Assembly: GCA_945865695.1 (NCBI GenBank)
Contig: CAMBFX010000003.1
Coordinates: 1-48,303, forward strand
Origin: Chryseobacterium gleum
GTDB taxonomy: Bacteria > Bacteroidota > Bacteroidia > Flavobacteriales_D > UBA2798
Length of the DNA stretch: 48,303 bases
Direction of reading: 5' to 3'
In this document: piece by piece, positions 38,000 through 47,751 of the stretch
Numbering within the stretch: the first letter of the stretch is position 1
Layout: the number at the start of each line of letters is the position of its first letter
Made by a program: the position numbers and the translations under genes
The notes under the pieces: generated by a model
The model's input: the letters and a program-made list of their open reading frames with translations, nothing else
Databases searched by the model: none
Told to the model about the DNA's origin: nothing

Positions 38000-38928
38000 T
38001 TTTGGGTGGTAGGTTTTCTAAGAATAATTCGACCCATCATAACAATCGTTTCTTTTAAAATATTGAAAAATTCATTGGTAAAAACAAATGATGGCGTCCA
38101 GTAGATAGCCTTACAAGAACAGGAAAACACACCTCCCATTTTTTTGGCCCATATACAGCTCCGCGCCATAGATCTGTATTTTTTGCTGATATAATGATTT
38201 TGTTCTTTTTTAGTGATGTAGGGTGCAAGATCTAAAATTTTGAAAAGATTTCGTGCACCATTAACATACAATTTAAGTTGATTTGTATCAGCTTCATTAT
38301 AATATTTAACCATACCACTCATCTCGTGATTAACGGTTACCGTTGTATAATCTGTTGACTGAAATAATGGAAATTCTTTAACGATGCGCAACCATAAATG
38401 GGTGTCCTCACCAATGTTCAAGGAAGTATCAAATTGAAATTTTTTGAAAATGGAAGCCTGAACACAAACTGTATTCATATCTAATTTCTTATGAAAAACA
38501 TAACGAACTGGATGCTCATCACCTTGAAAAATGGATAATTTAATCTTTGAATTACCTCTGTCCACAAAGGCTCCTGTTGCATAGATTCCAACTTCCTTAT
38601 TTTTACTATTTATTAATTTCTGAAGTGAATTCAAATGATCTGGAAGATAATAATCATCTGAATCAAGAAAACAAATGAAATCACCCTTTGCATGCAAAAT
38701 ACCATTGTTGCGAGAACGACTTCTTTCTTGATTGCTCTGATAAAAATAATGAATTCTTGGGTCCTTAAAACTAGCTACGGAATTTGCAGTACCATCTGTT
38801 GAGCCGTCATCAATAATGATTAATTCCCAATCAATAACTGTTTGGCTCAAAACACTTTGAATTGCAGTCATAACCATTTTTTCACGATTATAAACTGGCA
38901 AAACGATACTGAAAAATGGGTTTTCCAA
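37996..38928 (-). CDS. Glycosyltransferase family 2
   Basis: SIVLPVYNR, IDDGSTD, RNNG, FLDSDD, GED; TTG start. Confidence 0.93.
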   Translation of the reverse strand: MENPFFSIVLPVYNREKMVMTAIQSVLSQTVIDWELIIIDDGSTDGTANSVASFKDPRIHYFYQSNQERSRSRNNGILHAKGDFICFLDSDDYYLPDHLNSLQKLINSKNKEVGIYATGAFVDRGNSKIKLSIFQGDEHPVRYVFHKKLDMNTVCVQASIFKKFQFDTSLNIGEDTHLWLRIVKEFPLFQSTDYTTVTVNHEMSGMVKYYNEADTNQLKLYVNGARNLFKILDLAPYITKKEQNHYISKKYRSMARSCIWAKKMGGVFSCSCKAIYWTPSFVFTNEFFNILKETIVMMGRIILRKPTTQK

Positions 38929-39024
38929 AATTTGCTTTTAAATTGCTAAGTTACCAATATTTAGCAGGTTCAAAAAAACGAATAAGTTCATTTTCCACTA
39001 AAAATAATTATTTAAGAATAATAT

Positions 39025-39032
39025 TACTTTTG
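39025..39032 (+). promoter_or_regulatory. Putative -7 promoter element for MBOAT-SGNH pair
   Basis: TACTTTTG (TAnnTTTG) 12 bp upstream of ATG 39045. Confidence 0.45.
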
Positions 39033-39044
39033 TTATTATCGCCT

Positions 39045-40460
39045 ATGGTATTTAATAGCTTTCATTTTTTAGTTTTCATGTTAGTCGTATTTGGTGGATT
39101 TTTTTTAATCCCTCACCGACTTAGATGGATATTTTTATTGGCGGCTAGCTATTACTTTTACATGGCCTGGAAGGCAAAATACGCCTTGCTAATTGTCATT
39201 ATTACGCTCATTGATTATTTCTGCGGAATAAAGCTTGCTGAAGCAAAAAACAAACGAAATCAAAAATTCTGGTTGTTATTTTCATTGATTTCCAATTTAG
39301 GAATATTAATGGTTTTCAAATACTATGATTTCTTCATAGAAAACATCAACTCTTTGTTTACCGAAATGGGAATGAATCATGAATTACCCATATTGCGATT
39401 GATATTACCTCTGGGGATCTCTTTCCATACCTTTCAAAGCATGGCCTACACTATTGATGTGTATAAAAAAAGAACATTACCGGAGAAACATTTAGGATAT
39501 TTTGCTTTGTTCATCGCTTATTTTCCTCAGATGGTAGCTGGCCCTATAGAACGCGCAGGTAATGTGATTCACCAATTCAAAGAAAAAACTAATTTCGATT
39601 ATGACCGAATCAGTGCTGGTTTTAAACTGATGATTTGGGGATTTTTTAAAAAAATAGTGATTGCAGATAGGCTAGCTGTAATTGTTGATTCAGCTTATGA
39701 TAATCCTTCTGATCACGGTGGATTGACGATGATGATGGCTACCTATGCTTTTGCATTTCAAATTTATTGTGATTTCTCTGGTTATACTGATATTGCCATT
39801 GGTGCTTCAAAAATTTTAGGTGTCAATATGATGAAAAATTTTAAAACACCTTACCTCTCTTTAAGCATAAGTGAATTCTGGAACAGGTGGCATATATCGC
39901 TTTCTACTTGGTTCAAAGATTATCTTTATATTCCTTTGGGTGGTAATCGAAAAAGTAAACCGCGCGTTTATTTAAATATTATGATTGTATTTCTCTTGAG
40001 CGGATTTTGGCACGGAGCCGAATGGACATTCATTATTTGGGGGGCTATTCATGGATTCTATACTATATCAGAAAATTTATTTCATTCGAACAATCCTAAA
40101 ATTCAATCTACAATCCGAAAAAGAATCCGTCAATTTATTCTATTCAATATGGTATGTATAGCCTGGATTTTTTTTCGTGCCAATGATTTAAACTCGGCAA
40201 CGCAAACTCTTTATTCCTTCATGCATCCTGATGTATCGGAGTGGATGAATTTCTTAAACGATTATGGAATGAAATCGATACTAATTTTGGGAATAATTTG
40301 GATCAGTTTCATATTTCTCGATCGGATAATTGAAAATAAAATACATGAGCAAAAAGCAAAGAGTTCAAAATCGGAATACGCTTTTTATACACTAATAACT
40401 GCATTAATTTTAATTTTTGGATTTTTTGGAAAAACCGAATTCATCTATTTTCAGTTCTGA
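39045..40460 (+). CDS. MBOAT family O-acyltransferase (AlgI/PatA/DltB-like)
   Basis: MVFNSFHF, LPLGISF.TFQ, FPQMVAGPIER, DFSGYTD, EFWNRWHISLS.WF.DYLYIPLGG, GFWHGA, FIYFQF*. Real start is ATG 39045. Confidence 0.96.
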   Translation: MVFNSFHFLVFMLVVFGGFFLIPHRLRWIFLLAASYYFYMAWKAKYALLIVIITLIDYFCGIKLAEAKNKRNQKFWLLFSLISNLGILMVFKYYDFFIENINSLFTEMGMNHELPILRLILPLGISFHTFQSMAYTIDVYKKRTLPEKHLGYFALFIAYFPQMVAGPIERAGNVIHQFKEKTNFDYDRISAGFKLMIWGFFKKIVIADRLAVIVDSAYDNPSDHGGLTMMMATYAFAFQIYCDFSGYTDIAIGASKILGVNMMKNFKTPYLSLSISEFWNRWHISLSTWFKDYLYIPLGGNRKSKPRVYLNIMIVFLLSGFWHGAEWTFIIWGAIHGFYTISENLFHSNNPKIQSTIRKRIRQFILFNMVCIAWIFFRANDLNSATQTLYSFMHPDVSEWMNFLNDYGMKSILILGIIWISFIFLDRIIENKIHEQKAKSSKSEYAFYTLITALILIFGFFGKTEFIYFQF

Positions 40461-41400
40461 TTTCCTGAAATTTATCAGGGCTGCAGGAATATTTTCCATT
40501 CTAACTTTAGTTTGGTATGTAACCATCATGTTCATTTCCGCCAAAATCACAATAAGTGATATACCATTGTCAAATTTTTATGCAGAATATTATTCTATCA
40601 AAGGTGGTGATACTTATTTAAGATATAGCGAATTTGATGCTTCCGATGATTTTAACGTTTTGGTTTTCGGCTCTTCACATGCGTATAGAAGTTACGACCC
40701 AAGAATTTTTAAAAAAAATAATTTGAAAATGTATAATTTGGGAAGCAGTGGTCAAAGTATGAATGATACTTATATGGTCATTTCCGAAATATTATCGATG
40801 AATAAACCTCGCTATATAATTGTTGATTTGACTCCCGGTGCTTTCGAAAGTGATGGCATCGAATCCTCCTCTAAATTAATTACCAATCTAAACTCTGTTC
40901 AATTCAAAAGAAAAATACTATTCAATAATTTGGATTGGAGAATGGTCAATGTTTATGTGAGCGGACTTTTCAACGACACCCCACCAAAACCATTCAAAGC
41001 TTCAATAAATAATGGTAAATACATCAATGGTGGTTATGTTGAAATACAAAAACAATGCAGCAAAAAATATAATTATAAAAGTATCGGCAAATCTTATGAA
41101 CCCAATGAAAAAAATGAAGAGGCTTTCCATTCACTAATCACCTTTTTGACCGAAAATAAAATAAAAACCTATTTTGTTCTTCATCCGATTCCTTTGGGAA
41201 CCAATAGAACAGAAAACAGCCGTTTTATCGAATATATCCAAAAAACAATTAAAGGTAGGAATGAAATTACCTTAATCGATTTTTCTTTTCGACATCATTT
41301 AAATGAGACTGATAATTTTTATGATCACCATCATTTGAATCAATCCGGAACTAATTTTTTTAATGAAAAATTAATTTCAGAATTGGAATATTCAAATTAG
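40417..41400 (+). CDS. SGNH-fold partner of the MBOAT (AlgJ/PatB/DltD-like)
   Basis: N-terminal TM, FGSSH, YNLG, FYDHHHLN..G (DxxH); exact start uncertain. Confidence 0.8.
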   Translation: MDFLEKPNSSIFSSDFLKFIRAAGIFSILTLVWYVTIMFISAKITISDIPLSNFYAEYYSIKGGDTYLRYSEFDASDDFNVLVFGSSHAYRSYDPRIFKKNNLKMYNLGSSGQSMNDTYMVISEILSMNKPRYIIVDLTPGAFESDGIESSSKLITNLNSVQFKRKILFNNLDWRMVNVYVSGLFNDTPPKPFKASINNGKYINGGYVEIQKQCSKKYNYKSIGKSYEPNEKNEEAFHSLITFLTENKIKTYFVLHPIPLGTNRTENSRFIEYIQKTIKGRNEITLIDFSFRHHLNETDNFYDHHHLNQSGTNFFNEKLISELEYSN

Positions 41401-41531
41401 TATTTAATAACTTTCATTTTTGTATTACTATAGAGATATTTTACTTAAGAGTGCTTTTTTTCTTTAGTGTCTTTTAATTCGTAATGAGCACCAATTATTT
41501 GAAAAAATACTCTTCCATCATTTAAAATCGG

Positions 41532-42395
41532 CTATTTGATTTTAAACAAGGTGAACAGTTTATCTAATCTCGATTTTCTTGTTGCAAAACTTTTCTGACT
41601 TAAATTAAAACCACTTAAATGACCATCCTGAAAAGCTAAAATTGATTGTTTGAGTATTTCGATTTTATTTTCGAATCCCTGTATTTGATTCTTATCCTCC
41701 TCAAATTTTTTCAATGCCCAATCATATAGTTGAACATCCAATATATTTCTATTGTTGATTGCTTCTTTAACCCGTTCTTCAACCTTAATTTTTTCCTTAG
41801 ATTCATTTAAGTGACGATAATATGGATAGTTGTCCCAATTCATTTTTTCCTTTAATAAAATTAAACTTTCATTAAAGCGTTCAACAAATCCAACCGTGAT
41901 AAAATGTTTTTCAATATTTTGTTTTGCTGCCTCTAAATGTAATTTGTTTGTTTCATTAACATTTTGTGAATTAAATCCAGATATTAATCGAACTTGACCA
42001 TTATCCAGCTCTATAGATAAATCACTTAATGCAAAATCCTCTAATGACATTTTATTCTCTATTATTGGGTTATACAAATAATGATCTTTGCGACTCAAAA
42101 TGTATGAATATTGAGATATAATTCTGGAAGCAGGATTTCTTAAAAAAGTAAAATATTTAACTTGATTAGGCTCAGGAAAATGCTGATGGAGGCCAAAAAC
42201 AAAATGACCTTTCAAAATTTGTAAATTCTGCTTTTCATCATTTGGCAAATCAATAAATTCCTGCAAATTTCGTTTGCCATTTCTGATAACCATATCAAAA
42301 ACACTATTTTTCGGATAAATTCGATTAATCACAGAATGAATAGTGGTTCCTCCTGCCTTGGGTATATGTAAAAAAATGGATTTCATAATTTTCAC
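41532..42395 (-). CDS. Sulfotransferase family 2 protein
   Basis: FLHIPKAGGTT (5'-PAPS loop), LRNP..R.IS.Y (3'-PB), VG..E.F.ES, N..D..LY. Confidence 0.9.
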   Translation of the reverse strand: MKIMKSIFLHIPKAGGTTIHSVINRIYPKNSVFDMVIRNGKRNLQEFIDLPNDEKQNLQILKGHFVFGLHQHFPEPNQVKYFTFLRNPASRIISQYSYILSRKDHYLYNPIIENKMSLEDFALSDLSIELDNGQVRLISGFNSQNVNETNKLHLEAAKQNIEKHFITVGFVERFNESLILLKEKMNWDNYPYYRHLNESKEKIKVEERVKEAINNRNILDVQLYDWALKKFEEDKNQIQGFENKIEILKQSILAFQDGHLSGFNLSQKSFATRKSRLDKLFTLFKIK

Positions 42396-43351
42396 TATTT
42401 ATTTTTCTGAGAGAAATATTTCAAAATAGATGATCTTTTTTTCTGTTTATTTACCATTCTTAATTCATCTGATTTTAAAAATCGAATTATTAATAATTTA
42501 TACAGTTCCAAAAATCGTTTATAATCCTTATCACCATAAGCAACTTGCATTTCAAGAAAAATGAATCTATTGCTCACTTTTGCTATAAAATCAGGTGAAA
42601 TTTTCGCTTTATTCAAAAGTGGAAATTGATAATCACGCACAAGTGGAACACCAAAATCTAGTTGTGATAAAATACTCTGATAGATTTTTATTCTGTCATC
42701 TGTAAATCGTTGCTGAAAATTAACGGTTTTAGACCCTGGATGTTCACGAAAATGTACCAATACATCATCTGTTTTTACTATTGCATTCGTTCCAAATAAA
42801 AACCAAAACTTAAGCAACCATTCAAGATCCATTGTATAATGTAATTCTTCTGTAAGAGGTCCCAATTGACGAACGGCTTCCATGCTGAAAAAAGTGGCGG
42901 GTTGATCAATAGAAGGATGGACAATTAAATTCGATTTTTCATCGGGAAGTTTGGTTCCATTGCTGATCCATTCCTTATCTCCGCCAAAAACATGACTCTT
43001 GCCCGCAAACATATGAGTACCATCTTTAGAAAAAGCATTGGCTACCTTTTCAAAAACATTTCCATCATAGTAATCATCAGAATTAATCCAATTGAAAATA
43101 TCACCGGTGGATTTTTCCAATCCCTTATTGATGGCATGACTCTGGCCTCTATCTTTTTCACTTATCCAAAAGGACAAATGCTTTTCATATTTTTGGATTA
43201 ATTGAACGGTGTTATCAGTACTACCCCCATCAATAATGATGTATTGCAAATTAGGATACTTTTGATCGAGTACAGATTGAATCGTTTGCTCAATATACTG
43301 CCCTTGATTAAAGGTAGGGGTTACAATAGATATCTTAGGAAACTCTTTCAT
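42395..43351 (-). CDS. Glycosyltransferase family 2
   Basis: ISIVTPTFNQ, IDGGSTD, SEKDRGQSHAINKG, WINSDD, QPATFF, MDLE. Confidence 0.94.
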   Translation of the reverse strand: MKEFPKISIVTPTFNQGQYIEQTIQSVLDQKYPNLQYIIIDGGSTDNTVQLIQKYEKHLSFWISEKDRGQSHAINKGLEKSTGDIFNWINSDDYYDGNVFEKVANAFSKDGTHMFAGKSHVFGGDKEWISNGTKLPDEKSNLIVHPSIDQPATFFSMEAVRQLGPLTEELHYTMDLEWLLKFWFLFGTNAIVKTDDVLVHFREHPGSKTVNFQQRFTDDRIKIYQSILSQLDFGVPLVRDYQFPLLNKAKISPDFIAKVSNRFIFLEMQVAYGDKDYKRFLELYKLLIIRFLKSDELRMVNKQKKRSSILKYFSQKNK

Positions 43352-44145
43352 TGGTCATTTCCTCCTTTGAAAATACCAGTGATTTTCTTTTTCAGATGAT
43401 AAATCCGAACCGCTTTATTAAATCGACTCAATTCCATTTTGATACTGCTTTCTGGAAATTCACTTCCAAATCTTTTAGTTACAAAATCATACAACTCCAT
43501 ATCGAAATGATTAAAATCGTTGATCGTCTTTTTTGCCGAAGGTGAAATCAAATTTTCTTTTTTAACATTCACATTTGCTCTCTCATAAACCGGATATTTT
43601 TTCCAATTCATCAATAGCTTTAGGATAATCATTGATTCATCAAATTTTTCAGTTAGTCCAACAGTCAAAAAATGATTCTCGATATTATGTTTCGCCAAAT
43701 CTAAATCTTCCCTGTTTATTTCACCGAATGGTTTTGTTGACCCAGAGATATATCTAACCTGTCCGTTATCCATTTGAAGATTATCTGCATTTTTTATGTA
43801 CTCTTCCAGTTCCCAACCTTTTTCTATAATCAGTTTTGAATGGTGATGAGATTTTTTCTGCCGGATATAATAATAATAAGAAAGTACACGATCTTCAGGA
43901 TTTCTCATCATCGAATAATACTTGAAAGAGTTTCCTAATTGTTTATGGATACCAAATAAATTATGACCTTTCACCAAAGTCAGTTTTTTCAAGTCGGTAA
44001 AAAGTAATTCATTTGATCCGTCACTCATGTAATCGAGATGAAGTATATTTTCGCGTTCATAAAAATTGGAAAATATGTTATCAAGAGTTAATCCTCCGGC
44101 TTTTTCGATATGCAAGAATATTAACTTATGATTTACCAATTTCAA
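43348..44145 (-). CDS. Sulfotransferase family 2 protein (paralog)
   Basis: FLHIEKAGGLT, RNPEDRVLSYY, DNGQVR.ISG, VGLTEKFDES. Confidence 0.88.
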   Translation of the reverse strand: MKLVNHKLIFLHIEKAGGLTLDNIFSNFYERENILHLDYMSDGSNELLFTDLKKLTLVKGHNLFGIHKQLGNSFKYYSMMRNPEDRVLSYYYYIRQKKSHHHSKLIIEKGWELEEYIKNADNLQMDNGQVRYISGSTKPFGEINREDLDLAKHNIENHFLTVGLTEKFDESMIILKLLMNWKKYPVYERANVNVKKENLISPSAKKTINDFNHFDMELYDFVTKRFGSEFPESSIKMELSRFNKAVRIYHLKKKITGIFKGGNDQ

Positions 44146-45254
44146 TTCGATTTAAAGTTAATGATGGCATTGAACTGTTTAACATAATTCAATTTATTGA
44201 TTTGATAATCGTAATCCACTTTATTCGGAAAGGGAGTTGAGATTGCTTTCACCAATGCATCAACCGAATTTGGATCAAACCAAGTGACCATGGGAGGTTC
44301 TTGTTCTCGATGAACTGTTATGTCTGACAATATTAACCTACAATTAAGTGCCTTGGAATCTTCCACCACTGTACTCCATCCTTCAAATAAAGAAGCTTGA
44401 ATAACTGCATTCGAATGTTTCATTAAAACCAATTGATCTGCACGATCAATGAATCCTAAAAATTTTATGTTATTCTGTAATTTTAACTCCGCAACTTTAC
44501 GCTTCAAATTTTTTGTGTACTCAGGATAACGATAATCAAATTCTTTTCCGGTGAACAATAATAAAATATTCTGACCTTCCTCTAGGAGTTTCTTTACTGC
44601 ATTAATGATGGTAAGGTGGTTCTTATGTACCCAAAACTGATTAGGTGAAATAAAATAGGGTTGCATCACATCATATTTTTTCAAAACCTCATCTGCATTC
44701 AAATCACCGATGGGAGGATGAGTAACGGCAAATTGCAATAGATGTTTTGTACATTTATTATCAGGATAAAACCGATCAAAATCTTTCATTACCGATTGGC
44801 TACTAAAAACTACTTCTCCATTTGATGCCGCTATTCTAAAATTGATAGATTCACGGTTCTTCAATTCTTTTTCTGAAAAAAAATCTGGAAGATATTTTTC
44901 CTGAAAATCTCCAATCCAAAATAATTTACGTTTTACAGATCCAAAACAATCATCTTCTTTGAATGGGTAAGGAAAAACGGCATCCAATGAATGAAATAAT
45001 TTCTTCCATTTCCATCTTTTGAACCAACCTGCATTATTTACATCCCAACGTTTATAAATCACTTTTTTCAGATTTCTGTACCCTGTTTCATTTTTAAGTG
45101 ATTCAAAATCTTTTTCACTTTCACAAATGACGGTAATCAAAGGAAGTTCTGATTCTGGTAATAGTTTTATGGCGTGAATAAGATTCAAAATATAATAGGT
45201 GCCACCTATCCAGTTTTCATCATGTTTAAATAATATGGCTATATTCTTACTCAT
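44142..45254 (-). CDS. Glycosyltransferase family 4
   Basis: WIGG.YY, PNQFWVHKNH, SLFEGWSTVVEDSKAL. Confidence 0.92.
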   Translation of the reverse strand: MSKNIAILFKHDENWIGGTYYILNLIHAIKLLPESELPLITVICESEKDFESLKNETGYRNLKKVIYKRWDVNNAGWFKRWKWKKLFHSLDAVFPYPFKEDDCFGSVKRKLFWIGDFQEKYLPDFFSEKELKNRESINFRIAASNGEVVFSSQSVMKDFDRFYPDNKCTKHLLQFAVTHPPIGDLNADEVLKKYDVMQPYFISPNQFWVHKNHLTIINAVKKLLEEGQNILLLFTGKEFDYRYPEYTKNLKRKVAELKLQNNIKFLGFIDRADQLVLMKHSNAVIQASLFEGWSTVVEDSKALNCRLILSDITVHREQEPPMVTWFDPNSVDALVKAISTPFPNKVDYDYQINKLNYVKQFNAIINFKSN

Positions 45255-45255
45255 C

Positions 45256-46125
45256 TCAAGGTTTGATGCCGATAAAAGTGTAGGGTCGTCCGGGAACTAA
45301 ACTTTCGTCTAATACTAGTCCCAGTTTTCTGTTCACTCTTTTTGTATACATTTTTTTTAGCCATTTATTTTTTGCCAATGGACCAAATTTTGAACGGAGT
45401 GAATGATCAATCAAATCTTCCCTTGATTTAATTTTCTTGCGAATTGTATCTGGAGAAACGGGAAGAAAGTTAAGGGGTGATTCATAATATGAAAAATATT
45501 GGATTTCTTTTAATCCTGCTTTCTTCATGGCATCAAGATATTCAATCAACGTGAACGCATTCTCGCCGCCGTAAAATTTATGTAGCGGATGCGATTCGAG
45601 AAACCATTGTTTGTCGTTTTCATTGTAAATAACATGATCTCTTGTTGCCAAATATAATCCGCCACTTTTGAGTGAATTAACTGCATTCGCAATAAACTGA
45701 TTCAAATTAGCGGCATGATGAACCGCCTGTCTAATATAAACTATCTCATAAATGGCTTGAGTACTTTTTATGTTTTCTGCAGTTGTGGTTAATAATTGTA
45801 CATTTTCAAGACTTTCATTTTTTACAAGCCATTGTATTGCACCAGCACCAATGGTTTCACTTAAATCAGGTTCCAATGCTGTTACTTTAAAACCTTTGCG
45901 TGCAAATGAAATGGTTGCAATTCCATTACCAGCACCGATATCTAAAACATGCGAACCGGTGAAAAAACCGGCATCCTGAATTATTTTCAAAGTTTCTTTG
46001 AATTCAAGGCCATTCGAAAACTGATTAACATTTTCGGATAAATCATCACCCAAATAAGCATCCTGAACCAATTGCTTAAATTCTGGTTTTATTCGGATTT
46101 CTTTTATGATTTCTTCCCAGGTCAA
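45256..46125 (-). CDS. Class I SAM-dependent methyltransferase
   Basis: VLDIGAGNG, ALEPD, RQAVHHA, LKSGG. Likely TTG start at 46125, just after the upstream stop. Confidence 0.88.
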   Translation of the reverse strand: MTWEEIIKEIRIKPEFKQLVQDAYLGDDLSENVNQFSNGLEFKETLKIIQDAGFFTGSHVLDIGAGNGIATISFARKGFKVTALEPDLSETIGAGAIQWLVKNESLENVQLLTTTAENIKSTQAIYEIVYIRQAVHHAANLNQFIANAVNSLKSGGLYLATRDHVIYNENDKQWFLESHPLHKFYGGENAFTLIEYLDAMKKAGLKEIQYFSYYESPLNFLPVSPDTIRKKIKSREDLIDHSLRSKFGPLAKNKWLKKMYTKRVNRKLGLVLDESLVPGRPYTFIGIKP

Positions 46126-46126
46126 T

Positions 46127-47008
46127 TTAATTTTTTTTGAAATGCAAACAACAAATTCCTCTACAATGAGCAGCACCATCATTACCTTTATCTTCACCTG
46201 TATGTGGATTATAAGAAGTAGAATCCTTCAATGATTCTCTATCGGAATAATGCCAACCTTGAGATTCATAAACAAAATAACTTTCTTCAACCAATTTTGC
46301 ATCTTGCCCTAAAGCATCCAATATTCTATCTACCATCTCATTATCCAATTGTTGAAAAAAGCCATAACTTTTCCATTTTCCATAAGGAAAGGTTATGAAA
46401 ACATCACCTTGAGACTTACATACTCTAAGCATTTCTAAACATGCATTTAAATAACCATATTTTTTTTCTGAAACATTTTTATTGTTTCCAGATTCAACAC
46501 CAAAAAGTTCATTATCCATATCAATATGCTCGATTGTAGAAATGGACATAACGGCATCAAAAAAATTATCCCTGATTGGTATAAACCTTAAATCATCATA
46601 GATATAACTAATTTTTCTATTATTAAAAAATACTTTTTCAGGCGCTAAAGTTTGTATGTATAACTTTATTTTTGAGATTTTATTGGAATTCACAAACTCT
46701 GGGAAATTAAGCGTGGAGCCTGCATCCAATAAATTTTTATGATCATCAGTCAGTTTTGAAAAAAACCATCCATATTCAATTACTCTTTCATCCAAGCCAG
46801 ATGCAAATCGCTCAGGTAAGTTTTTTTTTCTGAAATACTCTAATTGAGTTTCATCTTGAATCAATTCAGAAATAACTTGCATTTTATATTGCCAATACCC
46901 CTTTGACCAAGGAATTTTTCCATTAGTGATGAAAACATCGATAAGCCCCTGGTTGGAGACCTTAACAGGTTGTTTTTTTCCTAATATTTTTTTAAAAAAT
47001 CTTTTCAT
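46127..47008 (-). CDS. SAM-dependent methyltransferase-domain protein
   Basis: ER.IEY, LLDAGS, DLR.IP..DNFFD...SISTIEHI, RV.K..G...ITFPYG. Confidence 0.8.
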   Translation of the reverse strand: MKRFFKKILGKKQPVKVSNQGLIDVFITNGKIPWSKGYWQYKMQVISELIQDETQLEYFRKKNLPERFASGLDERVIEYGWFFSKLTDDHKNLLDAGSTLNFPEFVNSNKISKIKLYIQTLAPEKVFFNNRKISYIYDDLRFIPIRDNFFDAVMSISTIEHIDMDNELFGVESGNNKNVSEKKYGYLNACLEMLRVCKSQGDVFITFPYGKWKSYGFFQQLDNEMVDRILDALGQDAKLVEESYFVYESQGWHYSDRESLKDSTSYNPHTGEDKGNDGAAHCRGICCLHFKKN

Positions 47009-47010
47009 CT

Positions 47011-47751
47011 TTAATTTCGGATAAATATAGCATCTTGTTGAATTGGTTTTCCATTATTGGGATTAAACAACTGATCAAAACTACCAACATAAACAAATCC
47101 TTGTTGAATCAACATCTCATAAATATCAGAGAATAATTTTTGGTCCTTGTAAAGCTCTACAAACGATGTTTCAATTAAAATCAGTTTTGTGTTTTTTAAA
47201 GTGTTTATTGCACCCTTCAAAACTTGCCACTCATATCCCTGAACGTCAATTTTCATGGCCAAGGGTGTTTCAAAAGTATTTTGACTCGCAAAAGAATCCA
47301 ATGATGTTACATTTACACTCACCTTCTTTCCTCCTTCTGTAAACGGGAAAGCTTCTTCATGTGCTTTTGCCATTGGTAAAATAGAGGAGCTAGGAGAATA
47401 AGAGCTTTGATGAAATTCGATGGTGCCGCCTGTTTCTCCAATAGCCAGATTATATGTTTTACATCTCTTTTCGTTTTTTGTTTTCTCAACTAATTTAGAA
47501 TAACACTCAGGAATGGGCTCAAAAGAATGAATATTGGCATCAGGAAAAAGGCTTAGAAATTGAATAGCGGTTTTTCCTTCATGGGCTCCGATGTCCAAAA
47601 CTGTTTTAATTTCCAACTGTTGTATCCATAAAAATTTCTGATTTGCATCAGGAACAAATTTATGTGTAGTTAAGCGAGAATGATTAGCCGGAACTTTTTT
47701 TCCAGAGATTCCAAAAACTCGTCTAGCCACTCGCTTAATTAAGTTCTTCAT
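47011..47751 (-). CDS. FkbM family methyltransferase
   Basis: VLDIGAHEG, SFEP, KIDVQGYE.QVLKGA. Confidence 0.93.
   Translation of the reverse strand: MKNLIKRVARRVFGISGKKVPANHSRLTTHKFVPDANQKFLWIQQLEIKTVLDIGAHEGKTAIQFLSLFPDANIHSFEPIPECYSKLVEKTKNEKRCKTYNLAIGETGGTIEFHQSSYSPSSSILPMAKAHEEAFPFTEGGKKVSVNVTSLDSFASQNTFETPLAMKIDVQGYEWQVLKGAINTLKNTKLILIETSFVELYKDQKLFSDIYEMLIQQGFVYVGSFDQLFNPNNGKPIQQDAIFIRN

Noticed and set aside
38916-39044. N-terminal extension of the MBOAT ORF
   Set aside because: It overlaps the divergent GT2 start and a promoter element; family-typical MVFNS begins at 39045.
46126-46197. N-terminal extension of the methyltransferase ORF
   Set aside because: It overlaps the upstream gene by ~70 bp; TTG 46125 right after the upstream stop is more plausible.
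46821-46829. T9 and other A/T homopolymers as phase-variation tracts
   Set aside because: Runs of 8-9 A/T are frequent throughout this AT-rich window and the frames are intact.
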